From the human T2T-CHM13v2.0 reference genome, Homo sapiens, in assembly GCF_009914755.1 (NCBI RefSeq), contig NC_060935.1: 64,000 bases of DNA. One strand, 5' to 3'. A model generated the notes under the pieces. It worked only from the letters and a program-made list of their open reading frames with translations, was not told where the DNA came from and made no database searches. Position numbers and translations under genes: made by a program. Shown piece after piece: positions 27,450-41,094 of the stretch (the first letter of the stretch is position 1; every line of letters starts with the position of its first letter).

Positions 27450-28810
27450 CGTGGGCAAAATATCTGAGCAGACACTTCACCAATGAAGGCTGGCAAATAG
27501 TGAATATGCATATGAAAAGTAGCACAATATTATATGTCATCAGGGAATTTCAAGTTAAAAAATGAGATATCATTTCATTTAGTTTTGGACTAAAATCCAA
27601 AACACAGACAACACCAAATACTGACAAGGATGTGAAGCAACAAGAATTTTCATTAATTGCTGATGGGAATGGAAAACAATAGCAACTTTGGAAGACAATT
27701 GGGCAGCTTCTTACAGAGCTAAATTTAAATATAGTCTTAATTTATGATTCAGCAATCATGCTACTAGGATTTTACCTAAATGTTTGAAAACTGTCTTAGT
27801 CAGTTCTGGTAGCTATAACAAAATAACATAGACTTAGTGGCTTATAAATAACGACACTGATTTCTCACAGTTCTGAAGGCTGAACGTCTGAGATCAGCAT
27901 GGCAGCATGGTGAGGAGCCTTGGCTGCATTGCAGGCTGCCGACTTGTATCTTCACGTGGTGGAACGAGAGCTAGAGAGCTTCTGGTGTGTCTTTTATAAG
28001 GGTATTAATCCACTCTTATGACCTAAATTACCTCCTGAAGTCATTACATTACATTGAGAGTGCGATTTCAACATATAAATGTTGGGGAGTGGGGAAATAC
28101 AAACATTCAATCCATTGAAAAAAAAATTATATCCACACAAAAATTTACATCCAGACAAAATATTCCACTCAAATATTTACAGTAGCTTTATTCAGAATAG
28201 CCAAAAATTGGAAATGACCAAGATATTCTTCAATTACTAACAGATAAACTGTGGTGTGTCAATGAAATGGAATATCATCTGGCAATAAAATGAGTGATCA
28301 AATGACAAAAAGACACGGGGGAAATTTGAGTGCATATTGTCTAGTAAAATAAGCCAATCTGAAAAGGTTACAGGGTGTTTGATTCCAATCATAAACATTC
28401 TGGAAAAGGGAAAACCATGGAAACAATTAAAAGATCAGTTAATGCCAGGGACAGCATAAGAGTGAAGAGGAGAAGAACAAACTGGTGAAACAGGGGACTT
28501 TTAGGACATTCAAACTATTGTGTATGAGTATGGCATTATGCATTTGGCAAAACCCAGGAACTGGCATAACAGAAAGACGGACCTTAATATACACTAAAGA
28601 CTTTGGTTTAAAATAATATATCAGTATTTGTTCGCCAATTGTAACAAATGGGCTATACCAATGTGAAATGTTAATAATGTGAGAAACTGGGGAGGAGAGA
28701 GTGAGTGAGAGAGACAGAGAAAGAGAGAGAAAGAATGGAAACTCTGTATTTTTCTGCTCAATTTTCCGTAAACCTACACATGCTCTAAATATAATTTTCA
28801 AAAAGAAAAA
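27450..28810 (+). mobile_element. Ancient L1 3' end (L1MC-like), interrupted by an MLT1A LTR
   Basis: CTGAGCAGACACTTCACCAATGAAG..; resumes TTATATCCACACAAAA after LTR; 3' end GGAAACTCTGTATTTTTCTGCTCAATTTTCCGTAAACCTAC. Confidence 0.8.
27792..28119 (-). mobile_element. MLT1A-like solo LTR nested in L1
   Basis: TGTCTTAGTCAGTTCTGGTAGCTATAACAAAATAACATAGACT..ACAAACATTCAATCCATTG. Confidence 0.85.
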
Positions 28811-30324
28811 AAGACATAAAAACCAACTGAACATATGCTTATTTCTGATTTAAAACCTCGACATGTTGAACTCCGTGTTTGTGGTGAATTTCAAGTGCAT
28901 GTTTCCAAATCCAGGATTAGACATCTTAAAGTTTGACTATATAAAATATATTTTGTTGAAGATGGTTCATTTTCACTGTGACTAGGATGGTTAAAAAACA
29001 AGTACAACCAGCAGCTAGTTCAAAATACTATATATTCTTACATTATCTTTATAGCTAATGTAGACACTATTGTCCCCCTTTAAAAACTGAGGAGGTAGGC
29101 TGAATACTGAGGTCAAATGTCAGACAAGCAGCAAACAACAAGTCCAGATCCAAACCTTGTCATTTTCCTTAACTTCCATGCTGCTTTTAATAATACAAAC
29201 ATAAATTAAATAGACATTGGATCAAATAAAATACATATCTTGACCATTTATAAGAAAACCCAAATCTAACTTTTTACTCGACAGACAGCATTACTTGTAC
29301 CCACGATATGCCAATGAACCGTGTATATCTTCAAATTTTTACTCACTTATTGAGCAATATTCTGCCAAAAAGTTATCATTTACATAATGAAAGCAATAAA
29401 GCAACAGACAAATTTTGGGATCAAATACTGTTTGCTAATTCCCCTTGATTTATTTACAGGCATATTTAATGTTTATACTAGAGAGAATTTCCTTCCCAAG
29501 CAAGCAGCTATGATTTCAGAATTAGCCAATTGATCACCCTCAGTTCAGCATAAAGCTTGAAATGTAATATATATGTGGATGCTCCAGTTGAGTCTGTGAC
29601 TCTTCCAGAGGGTACAGGACTTTCTTCCTCCTAGCTTTGGATATACATGACATTTTTTGGTGGAATGAATTGTTCCCTATTCAGAGTGCTGCCCTGCATT
29701 ACAAAATACCTAACCCTGGGTTTCATGTGTATTTGCTTTTGCATGTACACTTTTAGGGATTGGAAATGGCTTCTCTAGTACAAAAATACAAGCACCTAAT
29801 AAAAAGTGTTAAAAGAGTTTCACCACTAAACCAAAAATGTAAAAACAGCTGAAAGCAAATAAGAAAACAACACAATAAGGATAATGCTGAGATAGTCCCA
29901 AGATAATTAACATTATACTTTCAGGTAAATATGTTATCATACCCAATTTATGAACACTTAAATATTAGTTTATTTTATTTAGTTATTTTTACTATTTTCT
30001 TACCTTTTCATGATATTATAAATGTATTATATAAAACAATGTAACTATAGATCTAATTTCCAGGTTACAGATCCTGATATGGACTATATATTTTTATGAA
30101 TAATACTTAGGTAGTGTAGTGTATGAGTCCTTCTTTCCCCTTTATTGAAGACGGTATAATGATCTATTGTTATTATCATACAAACTGACTCTACCCTATT
30201 GTGTAACCTGAGATCCACATTAAGAGTTCTGGGATCTACACTGCACAATCGCCCTCATTTCTTAATAAGAATTCATCAGGTAAATCATTTTACTCTTTGA
30301 CAACTCAGTCAAACTCAGAGGTAT

Positions 30325-31653
30325 ATTTTTTTGTTTATTTGTTTGTTTTTAATACTTTAAGTTCTGGGATACATGTGCAGAACGTGGTGGTTTGTTAAAT
30401 AGGTATACACATGCCATGATGGTTTGCTGCACCTATCAACCCACCATCTACATTAGGTATTTCTCCTAATGCTATCCCTCCCCTAACCTCCCACCCCCCA
30501 ACAGGCCCCAGTGTGTGATGTTCTCCCTGTGTCCAAGTGTTGTCACTGTTCAGCTCCCACTTAGGAGGGAGAACATGTGGTGTTTGGTTTTCTGTTCCTG
30601 TGTTAGTTTGCTGAGAATGATGATTTACAGCTTTATCCATGTCCTTCCAAAGGACATGAACTCATCCTTTTTTACGACTGCATAGTACTCCATGGTGTAT
30701 ACATGCCACATTTTCTTTATTCAGTCTATCATTGATGGGCATTTGGGTTGGTTCCAACCCTTTGCTGTTGTAAATAATGCTCCAATAAACATACGTGTAC
30801 ATGTGTTTTTGTAGTAGAATGATTTATATTCCTTTGGGTATATACCCAGTAAAGGGATTGCTAGGTCAAATGGTATTTTTGGTTCTAGATCCTTGAGGAA
30901 TCACCACACTGTCTTCCACAATGGTTGAACTAATTTACACTCCCACCAACAGTGTAAAAGCATTCCTATTTCTCCACATCCTCTCCAGCATCCGTTGTTT
31001 CCTGACTTTTTAATGATCGCCATTCTAACTGGCATGAGATGGTATCTCATTGTGGTTTTGATTTGCATTTCTCTAATGACCAGTGATGATGAGCTTTTTT
31101 TCATATGTTCATTGGCTGCATAAATGTCTTCTTTTGAGAAGTGTCTGTTCATATCCTTTGTCCCCTTTTTGATGGAGTTGTTTGGTTTTTTCATGAAAAT
31201 TTGTTTATGTTCCTTGTAGATTCTGAATACTAGCTCTTTGTCAGCTGGATAGATTGCAAAAATGTTCTCCCATTCTGTAGGTTGCCTGTTCACCCTGATG
31301 TGCAGAAGCTCTTTAGTTTGATTAGATCTCATTTGTCAATTTTGGCTTTTTTTGCCATTGCTTTTGGTGTTTTAGTCATGAAGTCTTTGCCCATGCCTAT
31401 GTCCGGAATGGTATTGCCTAGGTTTTCTTCTTGGGTTTTTATGGTTTTAGGTCTTATGTCTTTAATTTATCTTGAGTTAATTTTTGTATAAGGTATAAGG
31501 AAGGGGTCCAGTTTCAGTTTTCTGCATATGACTAGCCAGTTTTCACAACACCATTTATTAAATAGGGAATCCTTTCCCCATTGGTTGTCTGTGTCAGGTT
31601 TGTCAAAGATCAGATGGTTGTAGATGTGTCGCGCTATTTCTGAGGCCTCTGTT
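30325..31653 (-). mobile_element. 5'-truncated LINE-1 (L1PA7/8-like)
   Basis: 3'UTR GGTTTGCTGCACCTATCAACCCACCATCTACATTAGGTATTTCTCC; ORF2 C-terminal fragments (30901-31332). Confidence 0.92.
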
Positions 31654-31688
31654 ATGTGACATTGCCTAAAGAAAATATCCAGACCTAG

Positions 31689-32041
31689 TGATACGGTTTG
31701 GCTGTGTCCCCATCCAAATCTCACCCTGAATTGTAATAATCCTCATGTGTCCAGTGCAGGGCCAGGTGGAGATAATTGAATCATGGGGGTGGTTTTCCCA
31801 TACCGTTCTCATGGTAGTAAATAAGTCTTATGAGACCTGATAGTTTTAGAAATGGGATTTCCTCTGCACAAACTCTCTTGCCTACTGCCACGTAAGACTT
31901 GACTTTTTTCCTCATTCACCTTCTGCCATGACTGTGAGGCCTACCTAGCCTTGTAGAACTGAGTCAATTAAACCTCTTTCCTTTATAAATTACCCTGTCT
32001 CTGGTATGTCTTTATTAGCACCATGAGAACAGACTAATACA
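31689..32041 (+). mobile_element. THE1C-like solo LTR
   Basis: TGATACGGTTTGGCTGTGTCCCC..AGACTAATACA; perfect 5-bp TSD CCTAG (31684-31688, 32042-32046). Confidence 0.93.
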
Positions 32042-32354
32042 CCTAGTATTATAACACTCAAAACCCATTTCTAGTCATCTCCTTCCTCTATACCAACCAC
32101 ATTCCTTTAGGAGCCTCCTGAGTCCCTAGTCTTCTGCAGGACCGAGCAACAGCCAATTGCACCACACTTTCTCACACCCAGGGCCCTGTCACTCAGCTTC
32201 CAATCATCTCCTCTCGCTCCTTGCACTCTTACCATAAATATTCTCCCTGCTACACACCATCATTTCTTCTTGTCCATTGACTGACTGAATCATCCCAAAT
32301 CTTTCAACACTCCCTTAAGAAACACTTTCTCTGTTAACGTTCTCCAGTTTGAGA

Positions 32355-32676
32355 TTTTCTTTCCTTCCTTCCTTCCTTTTTCTTTTTCTTTCTTTCTTTC
32401 TTGACAGGGTCTTGCTCTGTTGCCCAGACTGGAGTGCAGTAGTCTGATCATGGCTCACTGCAGCCTTGACCTCCTGGGTTAATCAATCCTCCCACATCAG
32501 CCTCTCAAGTAGCTGGGACTATAGGCATGCACCACTACCCCTAGATTGTTTTATTCATTTTTTGTAGAGACAGGGTCACACTATGTTGTCCAGGCTGATC
32601 TCTAGCTCCGGGGCTCAAGTGATCCTCTCAGCCTCTCAAAGTGCTGGGATTACAGGTGTGAGCCATTGTGCCAGGT
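32355..32676 (-). mobile_element. AluJ with (TTCC/TTTC)n tail
   Basis: GACAGGGTCTTGCTCTGTTGCCCAG..GCAGCCTTGACCTCC..GGGCTCAAGTGATCCTC (J diagnostics). Confidence 0.9.
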
Positions 32677-32894
32677 AAGATTTATTCTTATAATGTAGAC
32701 ACCTGGGTGCCTTCCCAGAATTCATTCTCTGCTTTTGCCTTCCAAACACCACACCAATTTTGTCCTCTTCAAATTCTGGTTTCTCTGACATTCTTTGACG
32801 TTTCAGAGTGAAACTGCTTGAGGCAGAGGCAGAAAAGAAGAGATCTAAACTGGGAAGGTGGTATTCTACATGTGCTTTCTGTATGAGATATGAT

Positions 32895-33110
32895 GAGGTG
32901 TGCTGGTCTGGATAACTGGAATCAGGGAGACCTGGGTTCAAATTTCAATTCTTCTGTTTACTAGCTGCATAATCTTTGACAAGTTTACTTTTCTGAGCTC
33001 CAGTTTGCTAGTATTACAATGAAAATTACAATGCCACCTCTATAAGATTATCATAAGGCTTAATTTAGGTTAAAGGCCTAGAACAGTCCTAGGCACATAG
33101 TAGGTACTTA
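32895..33110 (+). mobile_element. MIR
   Basis: GGAGACCTGGGTTCAAATTTC..TTACTAGCTG..TTTCTGAGCTCCAGTTT..GGCACATAGTAGGTACTTAA. Confidence 0.7.
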
Positions 33111-33230
33111 AAAAAAGATCAACCTTTATACTGAGATATAGATAGTTGTTTTTCTGTGCAGAAAACTGGTAGCATTTTCAGTGAAACCCCAGTGTCCTTC
33201 AGCTGTACTTAATCACAACAAATATATTGT

Positions 33231-33480
33231 GTAGATAGATAGGCAGACAGATATAGACAGAGTAGATGATGACTATCTATCTATCTATGTTTCTATCTAC
33301 GTATCTATGTATCTGTCTATGTATCTGTCTATCTATCTATCTGTCTGTCTGTCTGTCTATCTATCTGTCTCTGTCTCTCTCTCTCTCTCTCTCTACCTAC
33401 CTACCTACCTACCTACCTACCTACCTACCTACCTACCTACATGCCTACCTATCTACATACCTCTCTATATCTATCTATCA
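33231..33480. repeat. Compound microsatellite (TAGA)/(CTAT)/(CTGT)/(CT)/(CTAC)12
   Basis: Read directly; pure (CTAC)12 at 33393-33440. Confidence 0.95.
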
Positions 33481-34520
33481 CCAGAAGAAGGAGACAGTAG
33501 TAAGCAATGCACTGTAGTAAAAGAAGATCTAGCTCTGGAGTCAGATAGATGGGGTTTGAATCACCATTATCTATGGCACCTACTAGTGAGGTAACCTCAG
33601 GCAAGTTACTTAATACTTCTAAATCACATTTACCCTTTTGTAAAATAAAGAAAATAAAATCTCCCAGGATGAGTTGTTTTAAGATTTAAGAGTATAATCT
33701 AGGTGAGCTATATATTTTCCCTCTAGGAGCTTCTGTATTTACTAAGTCAGTGTCTGTGTGACCTTATAGAACATAACTACCATGAATAATGATAATCAAC
33801 TCTGTGTATATTATACATATAAATTTATATATGACATTTATCTCCTTCAGGATGTTACCTATGCCTGAATAGAATATAACACCGTACCATCACTATGCCT
33901 ATTATATACAAAGGTGGAGGAATGAAGGAAAGGTGAGAAGAGAGAAAGGATAGCAGGGACTGAAGGAAGAATGACTGCATGAAAGATGGCTTTGAAACTC
34001 ATCACAAAATTGACATATGGCTATGGCTAATGCCTGTTTTCCCCTCAAAATTTGACTGCCAGGTTTTCATAGAAATGTTACTCTAATGCCTTTCACGCTT
34101 GGCATCCTGACTCACTGTCAGTTCTCCCGAATGCCAAATGTACCTCTGCATGCTTTTCATTTTTCTTCTTAAAAGATTTGCCACCATTTATAGCATCAAC
34201 TTCTTCATCTGGGTCATCTGCTTTTTCAATTATGACAAGCTCTTGCTAAATGTGTAAATGAGCTCAGAGTATTCCTTCCCTTACCAGGGCTCTTTATCTT
34301 CCTCCCTCTGCCCTGCACTTCGTGCTGGGATTGCTTGTGCCCTGTCTGCATGCCATTTTTCTTTTCAAGCCAGCTGAGCAAGAGACTGAAAGAGCAATTT
34401 AACAAGAAGCAGTAAAGTTATTTTTTGATCTATTGGAAACCTTTGACTAAAACTGATAGTAATAATGTTTCCATGAGTAAAGTGCCAAACACATACCAGG
34501 CTCCATATTGGGCCTTTTAT

Positions 34521-34839
34521 TTATTTTTATTTATTTATTTATTTTGGGGGACAGGGTCTCCCTCTGTTGCCTAGGCTGTAGTACAGTGGCACAATCATGG
34601 CTCACTGCAGCCTTGACCTCCTAGGCTCAGGCAATCCTTTCACTTCAGCCTCCCTAGTAGCTGGGACTACAGATGCTTGTCACCATGCCCAGTTAATTTT
34701 TTGTGTTGTTTTGTAATTTTTTTGTAGAGACAGGGTTTCGACATGTTGCCCAGACTGGTTTCCAACTCCGAGGCTCAAACAATCCAGGCGTCTCAGCATC
34801 TTAGTGTTGGGATTGCAGGCATGAGCCACCATGCCGGCC
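34521..34839 (-). mobile_element. AluJ
   Basis: Full dimer; imperfect TSD TGG[G/A]CCTTTTAT at 34509-34520 and 34840-34851. Confidence 0.9.
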
Positions 34840-34855
34840 TGGACCTTTTATGTAT

Positions 34856-35224
34856 TGTTATAGGCTGAATATATCTTCCTCTCCAATTCACATGTTGATG
34901 TCCTAAACCCCAACAATTCGGAATATGTCTGTATTTGGATAAGGCCTTTGTAAGGTAATTAAGGTAAAATAAATTCATATGGGTGGGCCCTAATCCAACA
35001 TGACTCTTGTCATAAGAAGCGGAGATTAGGTCAGAGGAAACACCATGGGAAGAGAGTGGGAGAATATGACCATCTACAAGCCAAGGAGAGAGGCCTTAGA
35101 AGACATGTACATTGCCGACACCTTGATCTTGGATGTGTAGCCGAAGAATTATGAGGAAATAAATTTATGTTGTTTGCCACCTAGCCTGCAGTGCTTTGTA
35201 TAGCAGCCTTAGCAAATCAATACA
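34856..35224 (+). mobile_element. MLT1A/MLT1A0-like solo LTR
   Basis: TGTTATAGGCTGAAT..GCAGCCTTAGCAAATCAATACA; TSD TGTAT/TATAT. Confidence 0.88.
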
Positions 35225-37263
35225 TATATTTCATTCCCTTGGTTTCCTATGATATCATATAAAGAACAAACAAGTGTCCCCCTTTTATAGGTGAAAATAA
35301 AGGCTCAGATATAATGTTTGACAGTGGGCCATCTGAAGTGGAGAAACAACTCACTGATCAATGAGATTCAATAGTTCAAAGAGCAAAAATAATCTGAGGC
35401 CAATGGGTTCATAGTTTAATCCTCATATATTAAATGTGTTTTCTATTTCCCCATAGTATTTAGTAAACTGATTTTAATCATCTGTTTTGTGCCAGGAATT
35501 GTGATCTGTGCCAAAGATATACAGAGAAATAAAATGTTATTCTTTCTCATAGAAGCTTTTGGTATTTTAGAGAGGATGTAATCAAAATGTTTTTATTCAA
35601 TAAGTTGTACTGGACATATTAATTACATATATCTTCACCTATTTAATTGTCTCTATATTTGACATGGACATGATTATTTTGTTGGAGATCAAGAAAGGCC
35701 TTAGAGATACAATGAAGACTAAACTGAGCCTTAAAACATGAGGATGAAGCAGTCAGAGCAATGGCCAAAAGCATCTCAAATGGAGAGAAGGACATATGTT
35801 ATTGCTCTGTTACTTATGAGCTGAGTAAATAAGCAGATCACCAGAGGCATGTGAACTGAGGTGCTCCAAGCCATTTCATCCAGACCAGCCCTGCTCCACC
35901 TTGTTGTTCACAGAACATAACATGGCTACTGCTTCCAGTACCTGCAAATAGTGGAAACTCTATCAATCCTGATGACAGACTGACTGAACAACTAGCCCAT
36001 TTATTTTTAATCTGGGCTGATAATACTACTATGCTTTTCCCTTGGGAATGTATATGAAGATAAATGAGGTAATTTATGCCATAAGGTTCTGAACTCCTCA
36101 GAAGAAAAATGCTAAAATAAATTCACAGTCATGTTATATATTCTTTAATAAATATTTGATCAGATGTGCATAGAATATCCATGATTCCTTAAAAGATTTA
36201 GCGGAAGATAGCCAAGAAAAGACCTATAAGCCTTAAACTGCCAAAATCACAGAAGATGATTTAAGCAATGTAATAAGTAAGTAGGTTGACCTATTTTCCA
36301 TTTTAAGGGCAGAAATAAAATTACCATTCATATGTAGGGAAAGGCTTCTTTCTGCAGTAACTATAAGCCATATTAACACTGAGTTCTTTTTTTTTTTCAG
36401 AAATACCTCTAAGTTGAGCTAAGTAAGTATGAAAGAAACTCAGAAAATACAAAAATACTTTCATAAAAAATAATCATAGTATCATGTCCTTGATTAACAA
36501 ATTCAGTCCCTTTTATGCTGTCCCTGGTAGGTTGGGGCACATTGTGGACAAAACAAAAGCTCTGAAGACAGAATAATCCAGATTTCACTCCTTTCTCTTC
36601 CAATTATAAGCCTTGTAACCTGGACAAGTTACTTAACCTGTCTCACTTATAAAATGAAGATATTAATAGTGGATATGCAGATTTATTATAAGTGCTCAGT
36701 AAGATAATTTTTTAAAAAAAACACCTAGTATTCCAGCCAAGGTATGACAGGTGGTTGCCGAAAGTAATATATTGTTCTTACCATAAAATGTGTAGTTTCT
36801 AAAACACATGGCAATGGGTTAAATTTTAGCACATGAATAATGACATATTAAAAGTTAATTAAGACTCAGTAACCTCCTAGAGCATAGGTATTGGTACTAT
36901 CACTATTCGTCAGATGAGGAGACTGGGCTTTAGAGAAGTCAATTGACTTACCAGGGTCAGAATGTTAATAAATTACAGGCACAGGACTTACACCAAGATC
37001 AGTATAGAAGGATTGTGCTCTTATAGTTACCACCAGGTGGCCTCTATGGCAAAAGAAAAAAAGTTATTAGAAAAAAATTAACTCAGTTAAAAAATGTAGC
37101 CTAGTTCCTGTTAGATGATTATAATGATTATTGATTACATCTCACATTGCACTCACATATTTATATTTTGTAAAGTTTTTATATACAAAACAGCCTTGTG
37201 AAGCAGGACTGAAGAAATCAAGTATCTCCATTTTCAAGGTTTAAAAGTGATTCTAAGAAAGTA

Positions 37264-37452
37264 CAGGTTGAGTATCCCTAATCCTAAATGATTAGGACCA
37301 GAAGTGTGTCAGATTTTGAAATATTTGCATTATACCATTTGAGCATTCCTAGTGGATAAGCATTTCCTTCAAGCATCTTGTTTGTGCTCAAAAAGCTTTG
37401 GATTTTGAAGCATTTTGGAATTTGGATATTTTGACTAGGAATACTCAACCTG
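37264..37452. mobile_element. Tigger4a/MER46-type MITE
   Basis: TIRs CAGGTTGAGTATCCCT..GGAATACTCAACCTG, TA TSD on both sides. Confidence 0.9.
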
Positions 37453-39082
37453 TATAAGTAAATCTATCTGATGTTTACATTTATACATACTCAAATAGTG
37501 TAGCTTTGCTTTTGACTAACATATTTTTTGCTCCTGATTGCATTTATTTATTATTTTAATAAACAAATAATAAGTATGTTATCTAACATCTTTTAACTTC
37601 CAGATTTCTGTGATGAATTAGTTAAGCACCCATTGGGAGAGTATTATACATTCGGTCCCCCTAGAGTTACATGTGGGGAAATGCTGCTGGGTTCTGGAAC
37701 AAAAGTCCTGGCCTATCACCTCACTTACACTGCTTATTACTCTTATGGACTTAGTAAATTACTTATATATGCTTTGTCACCTGCTCAGCTAAAGATGGGC
37801 AAAAATTTTCATATACGTTTATTACTTTATCAGAGTGGATAAAACTTAGTCCTATCACCAGCAGCTATGACCCCACAGCTTAGAAGCTACCTTGGGGTTC
37901 TTCTATACTTACTTGGCTCTTTTTTTTTTTTTTTTTTTTCATTCTAGTGCTTTGTATCTACGTTTTAGTGTTCCATCTATCTTTTTGAGTTGATTATCTA
38001 GTTGGACTATCTTCATAGTTAGTTTTTGTTTCTCCCCAACAACTCTCTCTCTCTCAGACCTTTCTTTATATGTTCATGCACTGGAGACTTAAGGCACTGC
38101 CAATTCCATTTGCAGCCAGTTCTGGCCCTAGGAAAGTATATTGCAGCAAGTTCAGAAGTCTGGGCTCCTTCTGGTCTAGAAGAATGACCTGGACAGAGTA
38201 TAAGAGACAAAGGAAGTGAAAGATGAAAAAAGAGCAAAATTCAAAAGATAATAGGAGAAACTATGAGAAAAATATGGGTATAGGTTGGTTGTGTTCTCCC
38301 CTGGGGAGAAAAGTAAGAGAAAAATTTTCAGGAGGCAAATGTGCTTTCAAAATCTCATGTGACTCAGACACTTTCAACACAAACACCCTTAAAATCACTA
38401 ACATACTTTGTGGGAACTCTGGAAATACGGATGCTTCGTGTCTTATTCTCAACCATGCCTGTGGTAGCTGGCACAACAGGCTGATAGTAGAATGGGGAGA
38501 TTTGTTGACAGGGAAACCCATCCCTCCCAAAAAGGTTTTATCACTTAAAAAGGAAATTAATTATTATCAAGATCTAAATATTAAAGCTCTAGGTGTCTCT
38601 ATTTTCCACTTGTGTAGGTAGAATAGAAGCAGATTCAAACAATTTAGATTCAGATAATCTACTAGTGAAATAAAAGAGTGGAAACATGAAGTCTTACTTA
38701 AAAAAAAAAATAAATGGAAATGAATGTAGGTTTTATCTAGTTGTGGGTCAAATTTTGATGAGAAATAAGCTCAGAAATGTGTTGATGTAGCTGGGAAACA
38801 TCTCCATTTTTATTCAAAATAATTTATGGCCGTCAATACAAGATGTTTTACAATTCTCTAAGATGTACATTTTAATTTTAACACTTCTAAAACTGGGATT
38901 CATCTTAAATTGATATGAATTTGCTTAATTGGCAGCATTTTAAAATGATAAATGAGATAGCAGTGCATCTTGAAATTCTTTTAATATCACAGCATCAGTG
39001 AAATATGTTAATAACAGTATTGTGAATAAGCATATAAATGGCATAAAAGAGAAACCTTTATAATTAATTAAAAACTTTCAAT

Positions 39083-39245
39083 CAGTAGTTCTCAAACATT
39101 GGTTTACATCAGAATCATCTGGAGAGCTTGTTATAACACAAATTGCCACCCTTCCGACTGCTGTCTCCAAAGTTTCAGATTCTAAGTCTACATTTGATGA
39201 TGATACATCTGATTTGAAAACCATACTTCTAGAAAAACTACTCTA
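39083..39245. mobile_element. MER5A-like hAT MITE
   Basis: CAGTAGTTCTCAAAC..CATCAGAATCATCTGGAGAGCTTGTT. Confidence 0.7.
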
Positions 39246-41094
39246 AAACATTTGAGAAAGTGTTTTGTTTTGCTTTTCATTATGTGTTTTTGAATCTAAG
39301 TTTCTACTGCAACTAATTTTAAAACTTCACTTAAACTTTAAAGATATCACACCCAGAAAATTATAATTATCTTCTGAATTATTTTCATACTACCACTCTC
39401 ATCTCATTCAGAACCATCCTGCATATAAATAGAAAAGTTATTATCTGTTAGTAACTCCCTCCTGAAACACAGGCACACACAGGCAGACCCCCGCCCTGCC
39501 CCGAACCACACACATCTTAGGCTATAATTGAAGGCTGTTCATAGTAATGCTGTAATCTTCCTCATCTAAGTCTAGTTTCCTAACCAATTTGATTCTAAAT
39601 TCAGTGCAAAATAATGTTATCAACTAGTTCCCCAATATTTCAACTTCTTTTACAGGCTGCATGGCTTTCTACTTGCTCTTGCTCGCTTAGACGATGAAGG
39701 CCCACCTCAGTCCAGCACAGATAGTCTTGCAGATTCAGATATAATGTCATTTTCTGTTTCAATTTTTTTCCTGATGATATAAAATGGTATTTATTTCTTG
39801 ATTTGAGGTTTAATAACATTAGCTCATAGTGAATATTACATAATCATTTTGTGGGTTTGTTTAGTTCTTCCTTCCTCTAAACTACAATAATTTCATGCTG
39901 AGGAAATATCTTACTTTATTTCATTTAGTTTTTACTTTAATGATTAAGATAATTCCCGATACATAGTTGGGACTCAATAAATCATGTTAAAAGGGAGGGT
40001 ATATGGAATGAAACTGTGTTTTCAATTAAATTAGTACTTTCAGTCTAGCTTGTACACATGTGGGATCGATTACACAGGACATGTATTTGTTGAACACCTA
40101 TAACATGTTAAGTGCCTCTAAGCACTTTGTAGATTCAAAGGCTAATAATATCTTACCAAAAGGCAAAATTCTGAAGGAGCCCATGGAAATATTCTATCAA
40201 GTTAGAACTTCAATATTACTTCCTGTAGTATTCTTCTGTGGTTTAAACAAAGAGCTATCCAAAAAAAAAAAATTTAAATCACACTTACTGGGGCCAGAGG
40301 GAAGATGGCCCCTTGCTGACGTGAAAGGAGGCAAGTGCAGTTCAGAAATAAATGACTTTACATAGATACAAGGGCCTCTTGAGGGTGGAGTAGACACTCC
40401 AGCTTGAAAGCTCTCAGGCTAAATCAGACAGCAAAAGGTCATGACTCACAAAAGGGAGTCTCTTCTAATATCATTTTTCAACCTTAATAAGAAACTACTT
40501 CAAGACTTTTAGTGACTTAGTTTCAAGTATAAATTGAAGAAAGGCAAAGATAATGGTATACTTTAGAAATTTCACTAAACACATACTTGGTTTCAATAAC
40601 AGTACTCTTAATAAAAAAAAAATTTAAGTATTTTATTTGAAACATACCCAGGAAACAAAAAAAAATATTCTCAGGCGTGTTCTCTAATGTCTATCACAAT
40701 TCCTAGATACATTTTATATGGCAGAGGCTCCCAAGCAGCAATAGCAAAGAGGAAAGTTCATGGAGATGGAAAATTTGAGACATAGAGTTTTCACCTGATT
40801 AACCTTTTAGAAAGTACTGCATGTCTAATTTGTCTCAGACAAAATCTTATTTACTAACGAAAAATTTGAGTTTATCAGCCAGCGTCACACAGCTAACAAG
40901 TGGAAGTGTGCATACTCAAATCCACTTCCTCCTGCTACCAATTCCCTTCAACTACCTGCCTCCCCCAACCCCTCTGAATTGCTAAGCACCACTCTTCTGG
41001 ATGTCTCTAACATTGCTTTAATTATTTTTTAAAACTATGTTTCTGTGACTAGGCACATTCAATATTTCCATTGAAGAAATGTGTCTTTACCAGG

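Noticed and set aside
33266-33594. Repetitive LPTY/YLS ORFs
   Set aside because: Translations of a tetranucleotide microsatellite.
38019-38621. 132-aa and overlapping ORFs
   Set aside because: No recognisable homology or supported exon structure.
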